The notes: generated from the letters alone by a model not told the origin. Shown: positions 47,929 through 57,707, numbered from the stretch's first letter. The stretch is 64,000 nucleotides of DNA from an uncultured Solirubrobacterales bacterium (GCA_963797955.1 CAWCRO010000022.1:66480-130479); one strand, 5' to 3'. Numbers and translations: made by a program.

Positions 47929-48498
47929 ATGGACCTGCTCTATGCCGTGCGCGATCTCGGCGTGGCCGATCCCGCCACCGACAGAGCCGGCGAGGAGAAC
48001 GTGCGAGCGGCGCTTGCCCAAGAGATCGACAAAGCCACCGTCGCCCGGCGGCGGCCCGGCCGGGCGCGGCGGACACGCCCGCGGCTGCTGGCCGGCGCGT
48101 CGGTCGCGGTGGCCGCGTCGGCGACGGCTGTGACGTTGCTGTTGAGCGCGGCGGCGAGCCCGCCGCCCGCGTTTGCCGTGACCCGCCACCATGACGGGTC
48201 GGTGTCGGTCAAGATCAACCGCCCGACGTCGATAGCTGACGTGAACCGCAGGCTCGTCGCGATGGGGATCGAAAGGATCGGTAAGCGGGCGATGGCCGCC
48301 GGTGAGGACCTGTCGTCGATCCCGAGCTGTTCGTCGATCCCTCCGGGGTGGAAGGGCGAGTGGGTCCAGGCGGCCGGGTCGAGGTCGGGGCTGGGCTATT
48401 CGATCTCTGAGAGCGTCGCGCCGGGTACCTGGCTCTTAATCAGGTGCACCGCCGACAACCCGGGCAACACCGGCACGGGCAGCACGGGCGCCGGTTGA
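47929..48498 (+). CDS. Putative single-TM anti-sigma factor
   Basis: RBS AAGGAG; MDLLYAVRDL..., Arg-rich stretch, TM, PAFAVTRHHDGSVSVKI. Confidence 0.65.
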   Translation: MDLLYAVRDLGVADPATDRAGEENVRAALAQEIDKATVARRRPGRARRTRPRLLAGASVAVAASATAVTLLLSAAASPPPAFAVTRHHDGSVSVKINRPTSIADVNRRLVAMGIERIGKRAMAAGEDLSSIPSCSSIPPGWKGEWVQAAGSRSGLGYSISESVAPGTWLLIRCTADNPGNTGTGSTGAG

Positions 48499-48541
48499 TC
48501 TGGTGATAGCGGATCGGCGCGCGATGGGCGGTACGAGGGGG

Positions 48542-49426
48542 CTACTCGATCAAGCCGTCGAAGGCGGTGCCAATGAGGAGCACGTCGACCTCCTGATGAA
48601 ACCGCCACAGGCCCCCGTCCTCGTCGCGACAAGCGCGCAGGTAGGTGCCGAGGTGCGGTGCCGTCATCATCTCCTGCAGCGAGACGGAATCGTCGAACGC
48701 GCATCGCTGAAGGTAGCCCTCCACGGTGACGGCGTTCTCTAGCGCGGTGGTGTGGTCGTAGGACAGGCGGACCCTGCGAGGGTCGGCGCCGCAGGCCCCC
48801 AGCGCCGCGGCAAGATCCTCTGACGCGGCGTACATCGTGCCCTGGCCGTCGCGGAGGTCGTCGAGGAAGTGGTGGTAGAAGCGCAAGTAGTGGCCCTCGC
48901 AGCTGCCCTGGGCGATGAGTAGCGCGCCACCGGGCGCGAGTGCGGCGAGCATGCGTGCGGCCGCCGCGTGGATCGCGTCAGGCGCGAGGGAGTAAAGGGC
49001 GTGAGTGGCCCAGACGACGTCGAACGGTCCGACGGCGCTGTCGAACTCCTCCACAAGGGTTTCGTGGCGAGCGGCACCGCTGAACGGCGCGCGTAGCACC
49101 TGCGCGGCCTCCAACAGCGAGAACGGAGACGGGTCGAGCAGGTCGTAGTCGATCTGCAGCTCGCCGGCTAAGGCGCCGACACCGCCGAAGTCTTGAAGCG
49201 CCTGCGGGAACTTTCCCGAGCCGCAGGCGACATCGAGCAACGTGATACGTCGGCGCCCGTCGGCAACGCGCCGTAGCCATGCCGAATGGTTGACGAAGCC
49301 TCGAGCTAGGCGCTCGTAGTCCCGGCGCGCGAGCGCGTAGAAGGCGTCCATCTCGGCTCGACTCTCCTCGCTCCAGTGAGCCAGGCTGCGCGCGGCGGTA
49401 TCCACGGCCGCGGAGTCTAGGCTCAC
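48542..49426 (-). CDS. Class I SAM-dependent methyltransferase
   Basis: LLDVACGSG, LLDPS, FDVVWATHALY, LAPGG. Confidence 0.85.
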   Translation of the reverse strand: MSLDSAAVDTAARSLAHWSEESRAEMDAFYALARRDYERLARGFVNHSAWLRRVADGRRRITLLDVACGSGKFPQALQDFGGVGALAGELQIDYDLLDPSPFSLLEAAQVLRAPFSGAARHETLVEEFDSAVGPFDVVWATHALYSLAPDAIHAAAARMLAALAPGGALLIAQGSCEGHYLRFYHHFLDDLRDGQGTMYAASEDLAAALGACGADPRRVRLSYDHTTALENAVTVEGYLQRCAFDDSVSLQEMMTAPHLGTYLRACRDEDGGLWRFHQEVDVLLIGTAFDGLIE

Positions 49427-49456
49427 ACCATTACGTGCACCGGAGCGGGCTTGCGA

Positions 49457-50149
49457 TCAACCGTGGTCGACCGCGGCGGCGATGCTTTCCGCGAACGCGT
49501 CAGGACGTGAGAGAAAGGGGTGATGCCCGGCGCTGAACTCAACGAGGCGGGTGTTCGCTCTAACGCGTTGACGCTGTACCTCGGCTGGGGTGGCGAGATC
49601 CTCGGTGCAGACGAAGTAGGTGGTGGGCTTCTGCTGCCAAGCAATCTGGCGCGGTGGCTGCCGGAAGGGCGTCAGCGACTGGCGCGTGAGGCGGCCAAGC
49701 GCCTGCTCGGTCGTGGTCTCGTCGCAATCCTGAAGGAAGAACTCCCGGATCATGTCGGGATCGACGCCGACGGTGCCATCGTCGCTCGGCTGCAGCCATG
49801 GCGCTGGCTCAGAGCCGATGAGATCGGCCTGGGACTGTCCCACGTCGGGCATTACCGAGGTCACGTAGAGCAGCTGGGTGACGCGGTCATCAGCGCCGGC
49901 CTCAGTGATGATCACCCCACCGTAGGAGTGGCCGCACAGGACGACTGGCCCCTCGACGTCGGCGGTCGCCCGCCGGCAAGCGTCGACGTCGGCGTAGAGG
50001 TCGCCGAGCTCGTCGCCTGTCTCCCCGCAGCTCGGCAGCGGCACCGTCACGCTGGCGATACCACGGTCAGCGAGCGGCTTAGTCATCGAGTTCCACCACC
50101 AGGCTGCGTCGCGGACGCAGGCGCCGTGAACGAAGATCAGTGTGAGCAT
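49457..50149 (-). CDS. Alpha/beta hydrolase
   Basis: IFVHGAC, LCGHSYGG, CTED, GHHPF. Confidence 0.9.
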   Translation of the reverse strand: MLTLIFVHGACVRDAAWWWNSMTKPLADRGIASVTVPLPSCGETGDELGDLYADVDACRRATADVEGPVVLCGHSYGGVIITEAGADDRVTQLLYVTSVMPDVGQSQADLIGSEPAPWLQPSDDGTVGVDPDMIREFFLQDCDETTTEQALGRLTRQSLTPFRQPPRQIAWQQKPTTYFVCTEDLATPAEVQRQRVRANTRLVEFSAGHHPFLSRPDAFAESIAAAVDHG

Positions 50150-50314
50150 GGAACCACAATAGCGCAACCCTATGGTTGCGAGTTCGGAGATGTTTGATCT
50201 CCTCGCTGTGATCGCGGACCGCCTGCGCGACAAGGCAGAGTGTCGTGACTCCTTGGGCGGTGCGGGCTAGCCCGGGTAATCTGGGCGAGTGAGAACTGCG
50301 GACTGTGGAGCCGG

Positions 50315-51187
50315 GTGAGCGTGGGAACTGTTGAGGCAAGCGACGGACGCACGTTGGCCTTTGAGGACGTCGGTGATCCGGCGGGCGCGCCGGTGTTTGT
50401 GCTCCACGGCACCCCCGGTTGTCGACTGAGCGGCCGCCACCCCGACTTGTCTCGCGTCAGCGCCGCCGGGCTGCGTCTGGTCACTTACGACCGGCCAGGC
50501 TACGGGCGCTCCACTCGTCAGCCTGGACGCCGCGTGGTCGACTGTGTCAGCGACGTCGCGACGATCGCCGACGAGCTCGACCTTCGACGCTTCGCGGTGA
50601 GCGGCGGGTCGGGTGGCGGTCCTCATGCCCTGGCGGTAGCGGCTCGTCTGCCCGAGCGCGTATCGCGGGTGGCGTGCGTCGTAGGAGGTGCGCCCTACGA
50701 CGCCGAAGACCTCGACTGGTTTGCCGGGATGGATCCCGTCAACGTGAAGGAGTTCGGCTGGGCTGTCGCCGGTGAGGGCGTGCTTGCCCCCGAGCTGCAG
50801 CGCCAGGCCCAGGAATCGCTTGACCGCGTTGATGAGGACCCAACATCGCTGCTCGCCGACATCGAGCTTTCCGAGTCCGATCGTGCGGTCCTCAGCGACC
50901 CCGGCGTCCGTGAGACGTTGCGGGCCGCGACTCACGAGATGTTTGCCGCGGGTGCTTGGGGTTGGGTGGACGACGATCTCGCATTTGTCCAGCCCTGGGG
51001 GTTCGACCTCGAGAAGCTTCGAGTACCAGTAGAGATCCGTTACGGGGTCACAGACGTGCTCGTTCCCGCCGCCCACGGCAAATGGTTAGCAGCGCACGTC
51101 CCAGGTGCTGAGGTGTTCGTCGATGAACATGGCGGGCACCTCAGTACCCCCGATCAGCGCCTCGAGATGCTGCAGACACTCGTGTAG
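50315..51187 (+). CDS. Alpha/beta hydrolase
   Basis: DGRTLAFEDVGDPAG, HGTPG, YDRPGYGRS, GGSGGGPHALA, GGHL. Confidence 0.92.
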   Translation: MSVGTVEASDGRTLAFEDVGDPAGAPVFVLHGTPGCRLSGRHPDLSRVSAAGLRLVTYDRPGYGRSTRQPGRRVVDCVSDVATIADELDLRRFAVSGGSGGGPHALAVAARLPERVSRVACVVGGAPYDAEDLDWFAGMDPVNVKEFGWAVAGEGVLAPELQRQAQESLDRVDEDPTSLLADIELSESDRAVLSDPGVRETLRAATHEMFAAGAWGWVDDDLAFVQPWGFDLEKLRVPVEIRYGVTDVLVPAAHGKWLAAHVPGAEVFVDEHGGHLSTPDQRLEMLQTLV

Positions 51188-51201
51188 CGCGTTTCCGCTG
51201 G

Positions 51202-51825
51202 TTATCCGTCGTCGGATGAATACTGGAATGTTGCCTCGTAGGCACAGCGCCCTTGAACGGAGAACCTCAACGGACCGGCGTTGACGTCGATCGAGTCGCT
51301 AACGAGTTCGCGCCCGGCGCGGCCGTGGCCCGGAATCACGCAGGTCACGGCCTCTTGCTCGATTACAGGCTCGCGCACGCGGACCTCGACCTTCCCGCCC
51401 GCTTTGAACCAGCCGCGTCCGGGGGTGTGATCGATCTCGAGCACCAGCGCCTCCACACTCACCAGATTCGCAGCCTTGAAGACCCACGGGAACTGTCTGC
51501 GCGGGGTCCCGCCGAGACGGCCGGTGAAGATGTCGGCCATCGCTTGGCGTTGCCGGGGATCGCCGTCGGCACCGACGAACAGGACGTAGGTCCAGGAAGA
51601 CCCTGGCTCGTCATCGTGGTAGCGACTCACCAGCACGGCCTTCATGCCGGCCAGGTCGGTGTCGCCGGCATGTCCGGCCCGTACGACCCACGAGAGCGCG
51701 CCGAGGCACTCTCCGTACGTCGACCGCCCACCAGGTCTCCCGCCGATCCGCCGGCATGGGCAGATGGCCTCGCAGTTACAAGCCTCGAGGTAGCTACCGG
51801 AGATCTGCCAGGGCACCGTGGCCAA
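51202..51825 (-). CDS. DUF1326 domain protein (start approximate, TTG 51825 or GTG 51816)
   Basis: WQISGSYLEACNCEAICPC, CLGALSWVV. Confidence 0.8.
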   Translation of the reverse strand: MATVPWQISGSYLEACNCEAICPCRRIGGRPGGRSTYGECLGALSWVVRAGHAGDTDLAGMKAVLVSRYHDDEPGSSWTYVLFVGADGDPRQRQAMADIFTGRLGGTPRRQFPWVFKAANLVSVEALVLEIDHTPGRGWFKAGGKVEVRVREPVIEQEAVTCVIPGHGRAGRELVSDSIDVNAGPLRFSVQGRCAYEATFQYSSDDG

Positions 51826-51833
51826 AAGCGTCG

Positions 51834-52685
51834 CTACTGCATCGCGTCCATAGTCTGCATCGCGCCGCCGGAACCGCCTGGGACGACCAGTCCGGGTACG
51901 GCATGAGGCGCCGCGACGACCAAAATAGCGAGCACGAGCAGGACGGCTGCTGTGCCCCAGGTCGCCGCACGACCCCACGGCAGGGTCTTCTCGAGTGTGA
52001 TCAGTGCAGCGACGAACGCCATCCACACCAGACTCATCACCCCGAGAGCAAACAGCGCCGCCATCAGCGCCCAGCAGCAGCCCAAGCACCAGCCGGCATG
52101 CCGTGAACCCATCGCCAACGCCCCCAACCGCCCATCGCGCCACGTTCCCACCAGGAATCCCACTGGACTTCGGCACTTCCCCAAGCACACGTCCTTTAGC
52201 CGTGTTAGCTCGTAGAGCCCGGCGACGGCCAGCACGCCTGCCGCCAACCAGCGCCCGCCGGCAGGCCACGCCAGGACGTCGCCGAACAAGCTCCGGCCCA
52301 GAGCGAACAGGCCGTACGCGACGATGCCCGCGACACCCCACACGAGCAGGTAGCCGCCCGTGAACGCTAGAGCGCGATCAAGCCCACGCTGTCGTGTCAT
52401 CCGCGCGTAAAGCGCGGTCGTCGGCGCCAGCGACGGGAGCATCATCGCGGCCATCATCACCACCCAGACACCCAGGAACCAGCTGAGCGCACCGAGGTCG
52501 GTGCCCGGGCCGGCGTCCATCCCGGCCATCCGATCGGCAGTCGACCACCAGGCCGCGATGGCCAAGACGAGTAACAGAGCGACGAGCCCCAGCCGTGCGC
52601 GCACGGCGACGAACGCCTGGGCAAGCTCGCCTCGTTCGGAGCCGCGGTCTGCGATCGCCGTCGGCGCTTCGAGCTTCCACAACAT
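51834..52685 (-). CDS. DUF2182 putative metal-binding membrane protein
   Basis: WVVMMAAMMLPS, KDVCLGKCRSP, WCLGCCWALM, GVMSLVWM. Confidence 0.88.
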   Translation of the reverse strand: MLWKLEAPTAIADRGSERGELAQAFVAVRARLGLVALLLVLAIAAWWSTADRMAGMDAGPGTDLGALSWFLGVWVVMMAAMMLPSLAPTTALYARMTRQRGLDRALAFTGGYLLVWGVAGIVAYGLFALGRSLFGDVLAWPAGGRWLAAGVLAVAGLYELTRLKDVCLGKCRSPVGFLVGTWRDGRLGALAMGSRHAGWCLGCCWALMAALFALGVMSLVWMAFVAALITLEKTLPWGRAATWGTAAVLLVLAILVVAAPHAVPGLVVPGGSGGAMQTMDAMQ

Positions 52686-52715
52686 ACGCGGCCTCCCAGG
52701 GGCGAAACGTAGATG

Positions 52716-53468
52716 TCAGACGGACCTAGTCTGGTCCGGGTATTCGTCCTTGCGCCAGGCACGAGGCTCCGCGGACTCAGACTTCGCCGTCCGGTCGAGC
52801 AGGAACGAGTGATACGGCGCGACAAATGGATCAGGCGCCATCACAGTGTAGGTGTGGTACACGCGTCCGTTCTCGCGCGCGAACGCGATGTAGCTGGGGC
52901 CCTCGCGCAGGCCGTCCTCGAGCTTGGCTCCGACCTGCCGTCCCCAGTCCTCAAGCCATTCGGGAGGGTCGTCGATCATTGCCTTGACCTCGGGGATCTC
53001 CCCTGCCTGCTCGGGAGTGAGAGCGATACCGAAGTCAAACGGAAACTCGGTCCCATAGGTCGAAACGTAGGGGAACGCCCAACCCATCCGCTCCTTGTAG
53101 GCGACGAGCCGATCGATCGGCGCGCGCGAGAAGCAGATCAGCGTCACATCGCGGTGGTTCAGATGCACTCGGGTGGCGTCAAGCTCATCCCCCAGGTTCG
53201 AACACCCAGGACAGGCGCCGACCTCGTAATCGGGGCCGAACATGATGTTGTACGCCAGGAGCTGCGAGCGACCGTCGAAGAGCTCGGCGAGCGTCCTCTT
53301 CCCATCCTCGGTGTCGAACTGGTAGTCCTTCTCCACCGGTACCCAAGGAAGCTGACGCCGCTGCTCGGTCGCCGCCTGGCCGAGCTTGGCATGCTCGGCC
53401 TCGAGCTTGGCAAGTTCCTCGCGAGCCGCCTGCCATTCCTCGCGGGTTCCAATCTTGTGGTCGGCCAT
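52716..53468 (-). CDS. DUF899 thioredoxin-like protein
   Basis: REEWQAAREEL, RRQLPWV, LAELFDGRSQL, ACPGCS, SRAP, VYHTY. Confidence 0.9.
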   Translation of the reverse strand: MADHKIGTREEWQAAREELAKLEAEHAKLGQAATEQRRQLPWVPVEKDYQFDTEDGKRTLAELFDGRSQLLAYNIMFGPDYEVGACPGCSNLGDELDATRVHLNHRDVTLICFSRAPIDRLVAYKERMGWAFPYVSTYGTEFPFDFGIALTPEQAGEIPEVKAMIDDPPEWLEDWGRQVGAKLEDGLREGPSYIAFARENGRVYHTYTVMAPDPFVAPYHSFLLDRTAKSESAEPRAWRKDEYPDQTRSV

Positions 53469-53635
53469 CGTTAACCTCCTTGGTGTTCGTCACGGCGCCG
53501 CGACCGGCACGAGCGGATCGCAGCCGGCCGCCTATCGACTCTCGCAGCTTAAGACCGGCGCGCTACGCAGAAGTCATCGCTACGTCACGCGCGAGGGCCG
53601 CTGCAGAAGCGACTTGCCTGTGTCAATCGAGCCCC

Positions 53636-54073
53636 TCACGCCCGCCGCGGCAAGCGTCGACCAGCCGCCGGGAAGTCGATTACGTCAGCCCGGCCCTCGG
53701 TGGCCGTTGACCCGAACGGCCGGTCGAGAAAGAACGCCTCGACAATGATGTCGGGGTCGACATGCGCCTGTGACAGCAACGCGACGACCGTTCGTCCGGT
53801 GACCTGTTCGACTGTGTGCGTGAAGCGCGCGGCCATCACGCGAGCGAATTCCGCGCGCAGGGCGAGCACGCGCTGAGGTTCGCCTCCATCCACCATCGAC
53901 CTCTCGAGCGGCGTGAGGTGCTTTGACCGCACTACCACCACGATCATGTCGTTGATCGCATACGAGTCGACCTTGGTCGACTCGCGACCATAGTGCTCGC
54001 GCTGCAAACCGGCCATCGAGCGAGAGATCGCCGCCAACTGTTGTCGGCCCGTAAGCCGCTCTGAGACGCCCAT
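53636..54073 (-). CDS. DUF2294 / MpsC-family protein
   Basis: AISRSMAGLQREHYGR, LTPLERSM, VEQVTGRTVVALLSQAHVDPDIIVEAF. Confidence 0.8.
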   Translation of the reverse strand: MGVSERLTGRQQLAAISRSMAGLQREHYGRESTKVDSYAINDMIVVVVRSKHLTPLERSMVDGGEPQRVLALRAEFARVMAARFTHTVEQVTGRTVVALLSQAHVDPDIIVEAFFLDRPFGSTATEGRADVIDFPAAGRRLPRRA

Positions 54074-54279
54074 GCCAGCCTCGTTCCCAACTCTTCTCGT
54101 AGAGAAGACCACCGCTGGGCTGAGAGAGAGGGAGAGGCCCCACGAGGGTGTGCCCCCCAAGCCTAGCGCCCAGCCCCGGTGCGGGCGGCCGCATACGCGC
54201 GGCCGGTCTGCGAGGTTTTGAGCTTGGATGTGTTGCGCTGGTGTCACGGATGGCGTTCTGGCGCAAAGTTAGTGTTGAG

Positions 54280-54846
54280 ATGGCGGTGGGTTTGGAACGA
54301 ACGGATGGTGAGCTTCTTGCGGCGGTCGCTGCGGGGGATGCGGCTGCTTTTGGGGTGTTTTATCGTCGTCATCTCCCCGGCGTGGTGGCCTATCTGGCTC
54401 GCGAGACGGGTGATCGGGAGGCGTCTGCGGATCTCACGGCGGAGGTGTTCGCGGCGGTGTTTCTAGTCGCGCGGAGGTTTCGGGCGCGCGGTGGTGGTTC
54501 GGCGTTTCCTTGGGTGCGCGGGATTGCTCAGAACAAGTTGCGGGAGAGTCGGCGTCGTGGGCGGGTAGAGGATCGGGCGCGTCGCCGTCTGGGGCTAGAG
54601 CCCGAGGTGTTGGACGATGCCGACCTGGCCCGGGTTGACGAGCTGGCCAGCGCGGGCGGCGGTGCGCTTGAGCTCGTGGATCGCCTGCCCGAGCGCCAGC
54701 GAGCCGCGATTCGCTCCCGGGTGCTGGAGGAACGTGGCTATGCCGAGATCGCTCGCGAGCTTCGGTGCAGCGAACTGGTCGTGCGCCAGCAAGTCAGCCG
54801 CGGGCTACGGCGGCTGCGAGACCAACTGACGGAGAATGGACAGTGA
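54280..54846 (+). CDS. ECF RNA polymerase sigma factor
   Basis: AFGVFYRRH, DLTAEVF, WVRGIAQNKL, LPERQRAAI...YAEIAREL...VRQQVSRGLRRLR. Confidence 0.93.
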   Translation: MAVGLERTDGELLAAVAAGDAAAFGVFYRRHLPGVVAYLARETGDREASADLTAEVFAAVFLVARRFRARGGGSAFPWVRGIAQNKLRESRRRGRVEDRARRRLGLEPEVLDDADLARVDELASAGGGALELVDRLPERQRAAIRSRVLEERGYAEIARELRCSELVVRQQVSRGLRRLRDQLTENGQ

Positions 54847-56147
54847 ACGATTACTTCGATCGGATCGAGCAGCAGATCGCACGACGCGTGCAAGCCGGCG
54901 CGCCACCTCGCTCACTGTGGCGCCCGCCGATCAGGGTCCTGGCGCCAGCGCTCAGCCTCATCGTGGTCGTCGCGGTCGCGATCGTGTTTCTCAGCGTCCG
55001 AAAATCCGGTCCGCCGGTTTCGAGTGGCGGCGGAACTGGGGTCGAGCTCGTTTATCAGGCCGAGCCGACGGTCCAGAGTCCAGTGGTGACGAGCGCTTCG
55101 CTGGCGCGAACGATCGAGGTCATGCGTCAGCGAGCTGCCGCGGTCGGCGTGTCCGGCGGATCGTTTCGCGCTCGCGGAAGCGACCAGATCACAGTCCGGC
55201 TGCCGGCTGGCAACAACGTCGCTCGGGCCACGAAGATCCTTGGTGTCCCCGCGCAGTTGGAGTTCTATGACTGGGAGGCCAATGCGCTCACCCCCAGCGG
55301 CCAGACGGTCGCCAGCCAGCTCCGGGGTCAGGACCCAAAGTCGTTGGAGATAAGCCAGGGAGCGGGCCGTGCCGCACCGGGCCAACCTGGCGCGGGAGGC
55401 ATGCGCCTGTACGACGCGGTCAAGCTGGCCTCCCGGCAGCCCGCCGAGGTGAGCCCCGATAACAGTCGCGCCGGTACGCAGTACTTCCTGTTTGCATCGC
55501 CAGGGAGCGCGGCGTGCAACGCTGCGGCGCGGGCTCAGAGCAAGTCACCAGCGCCGGACACGCACTGCCTGCTCTCCGGGCCTGCCGCTAGCCCCCAGCA
55601 GCTCGCCACCGCGCTACCTACGGGCGTCACCGCCGCCCAGGGTCAGGATCTCGCAATCAAGCCCGGGACGGTGGTCCTCCAAGCGGCCAGCCCGAACGCC
55701 AAATCCCAGACCAGCCTCTATGACCCGAACGCCCGGTTCTACGTGCTCAAAGATCATGTCGCGCTGTCTGGCGCGCAGATCACCAGCCCGCGGCAGTCGA
55801 CCGACGCGTCCGGGTTACCGGACGTTGCATTCGGCTTTACCTCCGAGGGCAAGCAGGCCTTCCAAAAGGTCACCCGCGAGGTCGCCCACCGAGGACTGCT
55901 CAGCAGCCCGTCAAACCAGCAGCTCAACCAGCATTTCGCGGTCGCGCTCGACAACCAGCTCCTGACCGTCCCGTCGATCGACTACCGCGCCTACCCCAAC
56001 GGCATACCAGGCAACACCGGCGCGGATATCACCGCGGCTCTCACGATCCAGTCCGCCCGTGACCTGGCGACCCAACTTCGACTCGGCGCTCTCCCGCTGA
56101 ATCTCCGCCTCATCGATGAGCAGCCGCTGAGGACCATCCATCCCTAG
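54843..56147 (+). CDS. Anti-sigma-like single-TM protein with a SecD P1 (periplasmic) domain
   Basis: GTG overlaps the sigma TGA; VNDYFDRIEQQI cytoplasmic helix; one TM; VELVYQA...IEVMRQRAAAVGVS...DQITVRLP; HFAVALDNQLL...ARDLATQLRLGALP; no SecD TM2-6. Confidence 0.8.
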   Translation: MNDYFDRIEQQIARRVQAGAPPRSLWRPPIRVLAPALSLIVVVAVAIVFLSVRKSGPPVSSGGGTGVELVYQAEPTVQSPVVTSASLARTIEVMRQRAAAVGVSGGSFRARGSDQITVRLPAGNNVARATKILGVPAQLEFYDWEANALTPSGQTVASQLRGQDPKSLEISQGAGRAAPGQPGAGGMRLYDAVKLASRQPAEVSPDNSRAGTQYFLFASPGSAACNAAARAQSKSPAPDTHCLLSGPAASPQQLATALPTGVTAAQGQDLAIKPGTVVLQAASPNAKSQTSLYDPNARFYVLKDHVALSGAQITSPRQSTDASGLPDVAFGFTSEGKQAFQKVTREVAHRGLLSSPSNQQLNQHFAVALDNQLLTVPSIDYRAYPNGIPGNTGADITAALTIQSARDLATQLRLGALPLNLRLIDEQPLRTIHP

Positions 56148-56178
56148 CAGCACAGCACGCCGGGCAGTTGATCGAGGC

Positions 56179-57174
56179 GGCGTCTGCATGGCGACCTCTG
56201 GGCCGGGGGCGATCCATCTGCTCAACGGGTTGTATGACGCCAAGCTCGACCATCAGCCCGTGGTCGCGATCGTTGGCCAGCAGGCTCGTGCCGGGTTGGG
56301 CGGTAGCTATCAGCAGGAGGTCGATCTGGTCTCGCTGTTCAAGGACGTGGCGCACGAGTACGTGCAGATGGCCTACGAGCCAGCGCAGATACGTCATCTG
56401 GTCGATCGGGCCTGCCGGATCGCTCTCGCTGAGCGGACGGTGACGGCGATCATCGTGCCCAACGATCTGCAGGAGGCTGATGCGGTCCCGACGCCGCCGC
56501 ACAAGCATGGGACCGTGCACTCCGGCCCGGGCTATGCGCCGCCTCGGATCGTGCCCGCCGACGACGAGCTTGATCGTGCCGCCGAGATCCTCAACCAGGG
56601 CGAGCGGGTGGCGATGCTGGTCGGACAGGGTGCCCTGCACGCCGGAGCCGAGGTAGCTGCTGTCGCCGAGCTGCTCGGAGCGGGGGTGGCTAAGGCGCTG
56701 CTGGGAAAGGCGGCGTTGTCCGATGACCTTTCGTATGTCACCGGCTCGATCGGGTTGTTGGGGACCAAGCCCAGCTGGGATCTGATGCAGGATTGCGACA
56801 CGCTGCTGATGGTGGGCTCGAGCTTTCCCTACTCGGAGTTTCTGCCTGAGGAGGGTCAGGCCCGGGGAGTTCAGATCGATATCGACGGAAAGATGTTGGG
56901 CATTCGTTACCCGATGGAGGTCAACCTTGTCGGCGACAGCGCGGAGACGCTGCGAGCGCTGAGTGCACGGCTGGCTCGCAAGCAGGACCGCTCCTGGCGC
57001 GAGCAGATCGAGGCCGGGGTGGAGAGCTGGTGGGAGTTGATGGAACGCCGAGCCCACGAGGCGGCGGATCCGGTCAACCCACAGCTGGTGTTCTGGGAGC
57101 TGTCACGGAGACTGCCCGACGACGCGATCCTGGCTGCGGACTCGGGTTCTTCGGCGAACTGGTATGCCCGCGAT
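56179..57174 (+). pseudogene. Internal fragment of a TPP-dependent pyruvate oxidase/dehydrogenase-like enzyme
   Basis: GVCMATSGPGAIHLLNGLYDAKLDH...LLMVGSSFPY...DSGSSANWYARD; N-terminus and GDG TPP-binding C-terminus both missing. Confidence 0.85.
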
Positions 57175-57244
57175 ACAGGCGGGGCGATCCGGTGCGGCTG
57201 CGGGGCCGCTTGTAGAGTCCGGAGCTGTGCCAAGGCGACGAGTC

Positions 57245-57619
57245 GTGGTCGACCATGTCAGCGTCGGCGTGAGCGATCTTCCACGAAGCCGCGAGTTTTA
57301 TCGGCGTGCGCTGACGCCGCTCGGGTTCGCCGAGATCGGACCGTGGCGAGATGGTGCGCACGAGGTTGCTTTCGGCCTTGAAGAGGCGGATGACTTTGCG
57401 ATCTCGCTTGCGTACCCGGCGAGCGGATCCGTGCATGTTGCGTTCGCTGCCGATCGGCGCGACCAGGTTGACGCGTTCTACGAAGCAGCGATCGCAGCGG
57501 GAGGGCGCGACAATGGAGCCCCAGGCCTGCGACCCGAGTACTCAGACGATTACTACGGCGCGTTCGTGCTCGACCCGGACGGCCACAACATCGAGGCCGT
57601 GCACCACGGGCGGGTGTAG
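57245..57619 (+). CDS. VOC/glyoxalase family protein
   Basis: DHVSVGVSDL, HVAFAA, GGRDNGAPGLRPEY, YGAFVLDPDGHNIEAV. Confidence 0.92.
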   Translation: MVDHVSVGVSDLPRSREFYRRALTPLGFAEIGPWRDGAHEVAFGLEEADDFAISLAYPASGSVHVAFAADRRDQVDAFYEAAIAAGGRDNGAPGLRPEYSDDYYGAFVLDPDGHNIEAVHHGRV

Positions 57620-57707
57620 CCGTCCAGAGCAGGAGACGAGGATCCGTCGCGTGGCTGGGTTAAACGGCGGGTAGGTAATTGCCGTACCGGCAACGATCGG
57701 AGGCACG

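Noticed and set aside
54843-56147. Annotation as housekeeping secD
   Set aside because: Lacks TM2-6, has an anti-sigma-like N-terminus, and has no yajC or secF neighbours
57650-57680. SigB/SigF-type promoter upstream of the small basic protein
   Set aside because: GGTTAA and GGTAAT are present, but the ~10-nt spacing is too short
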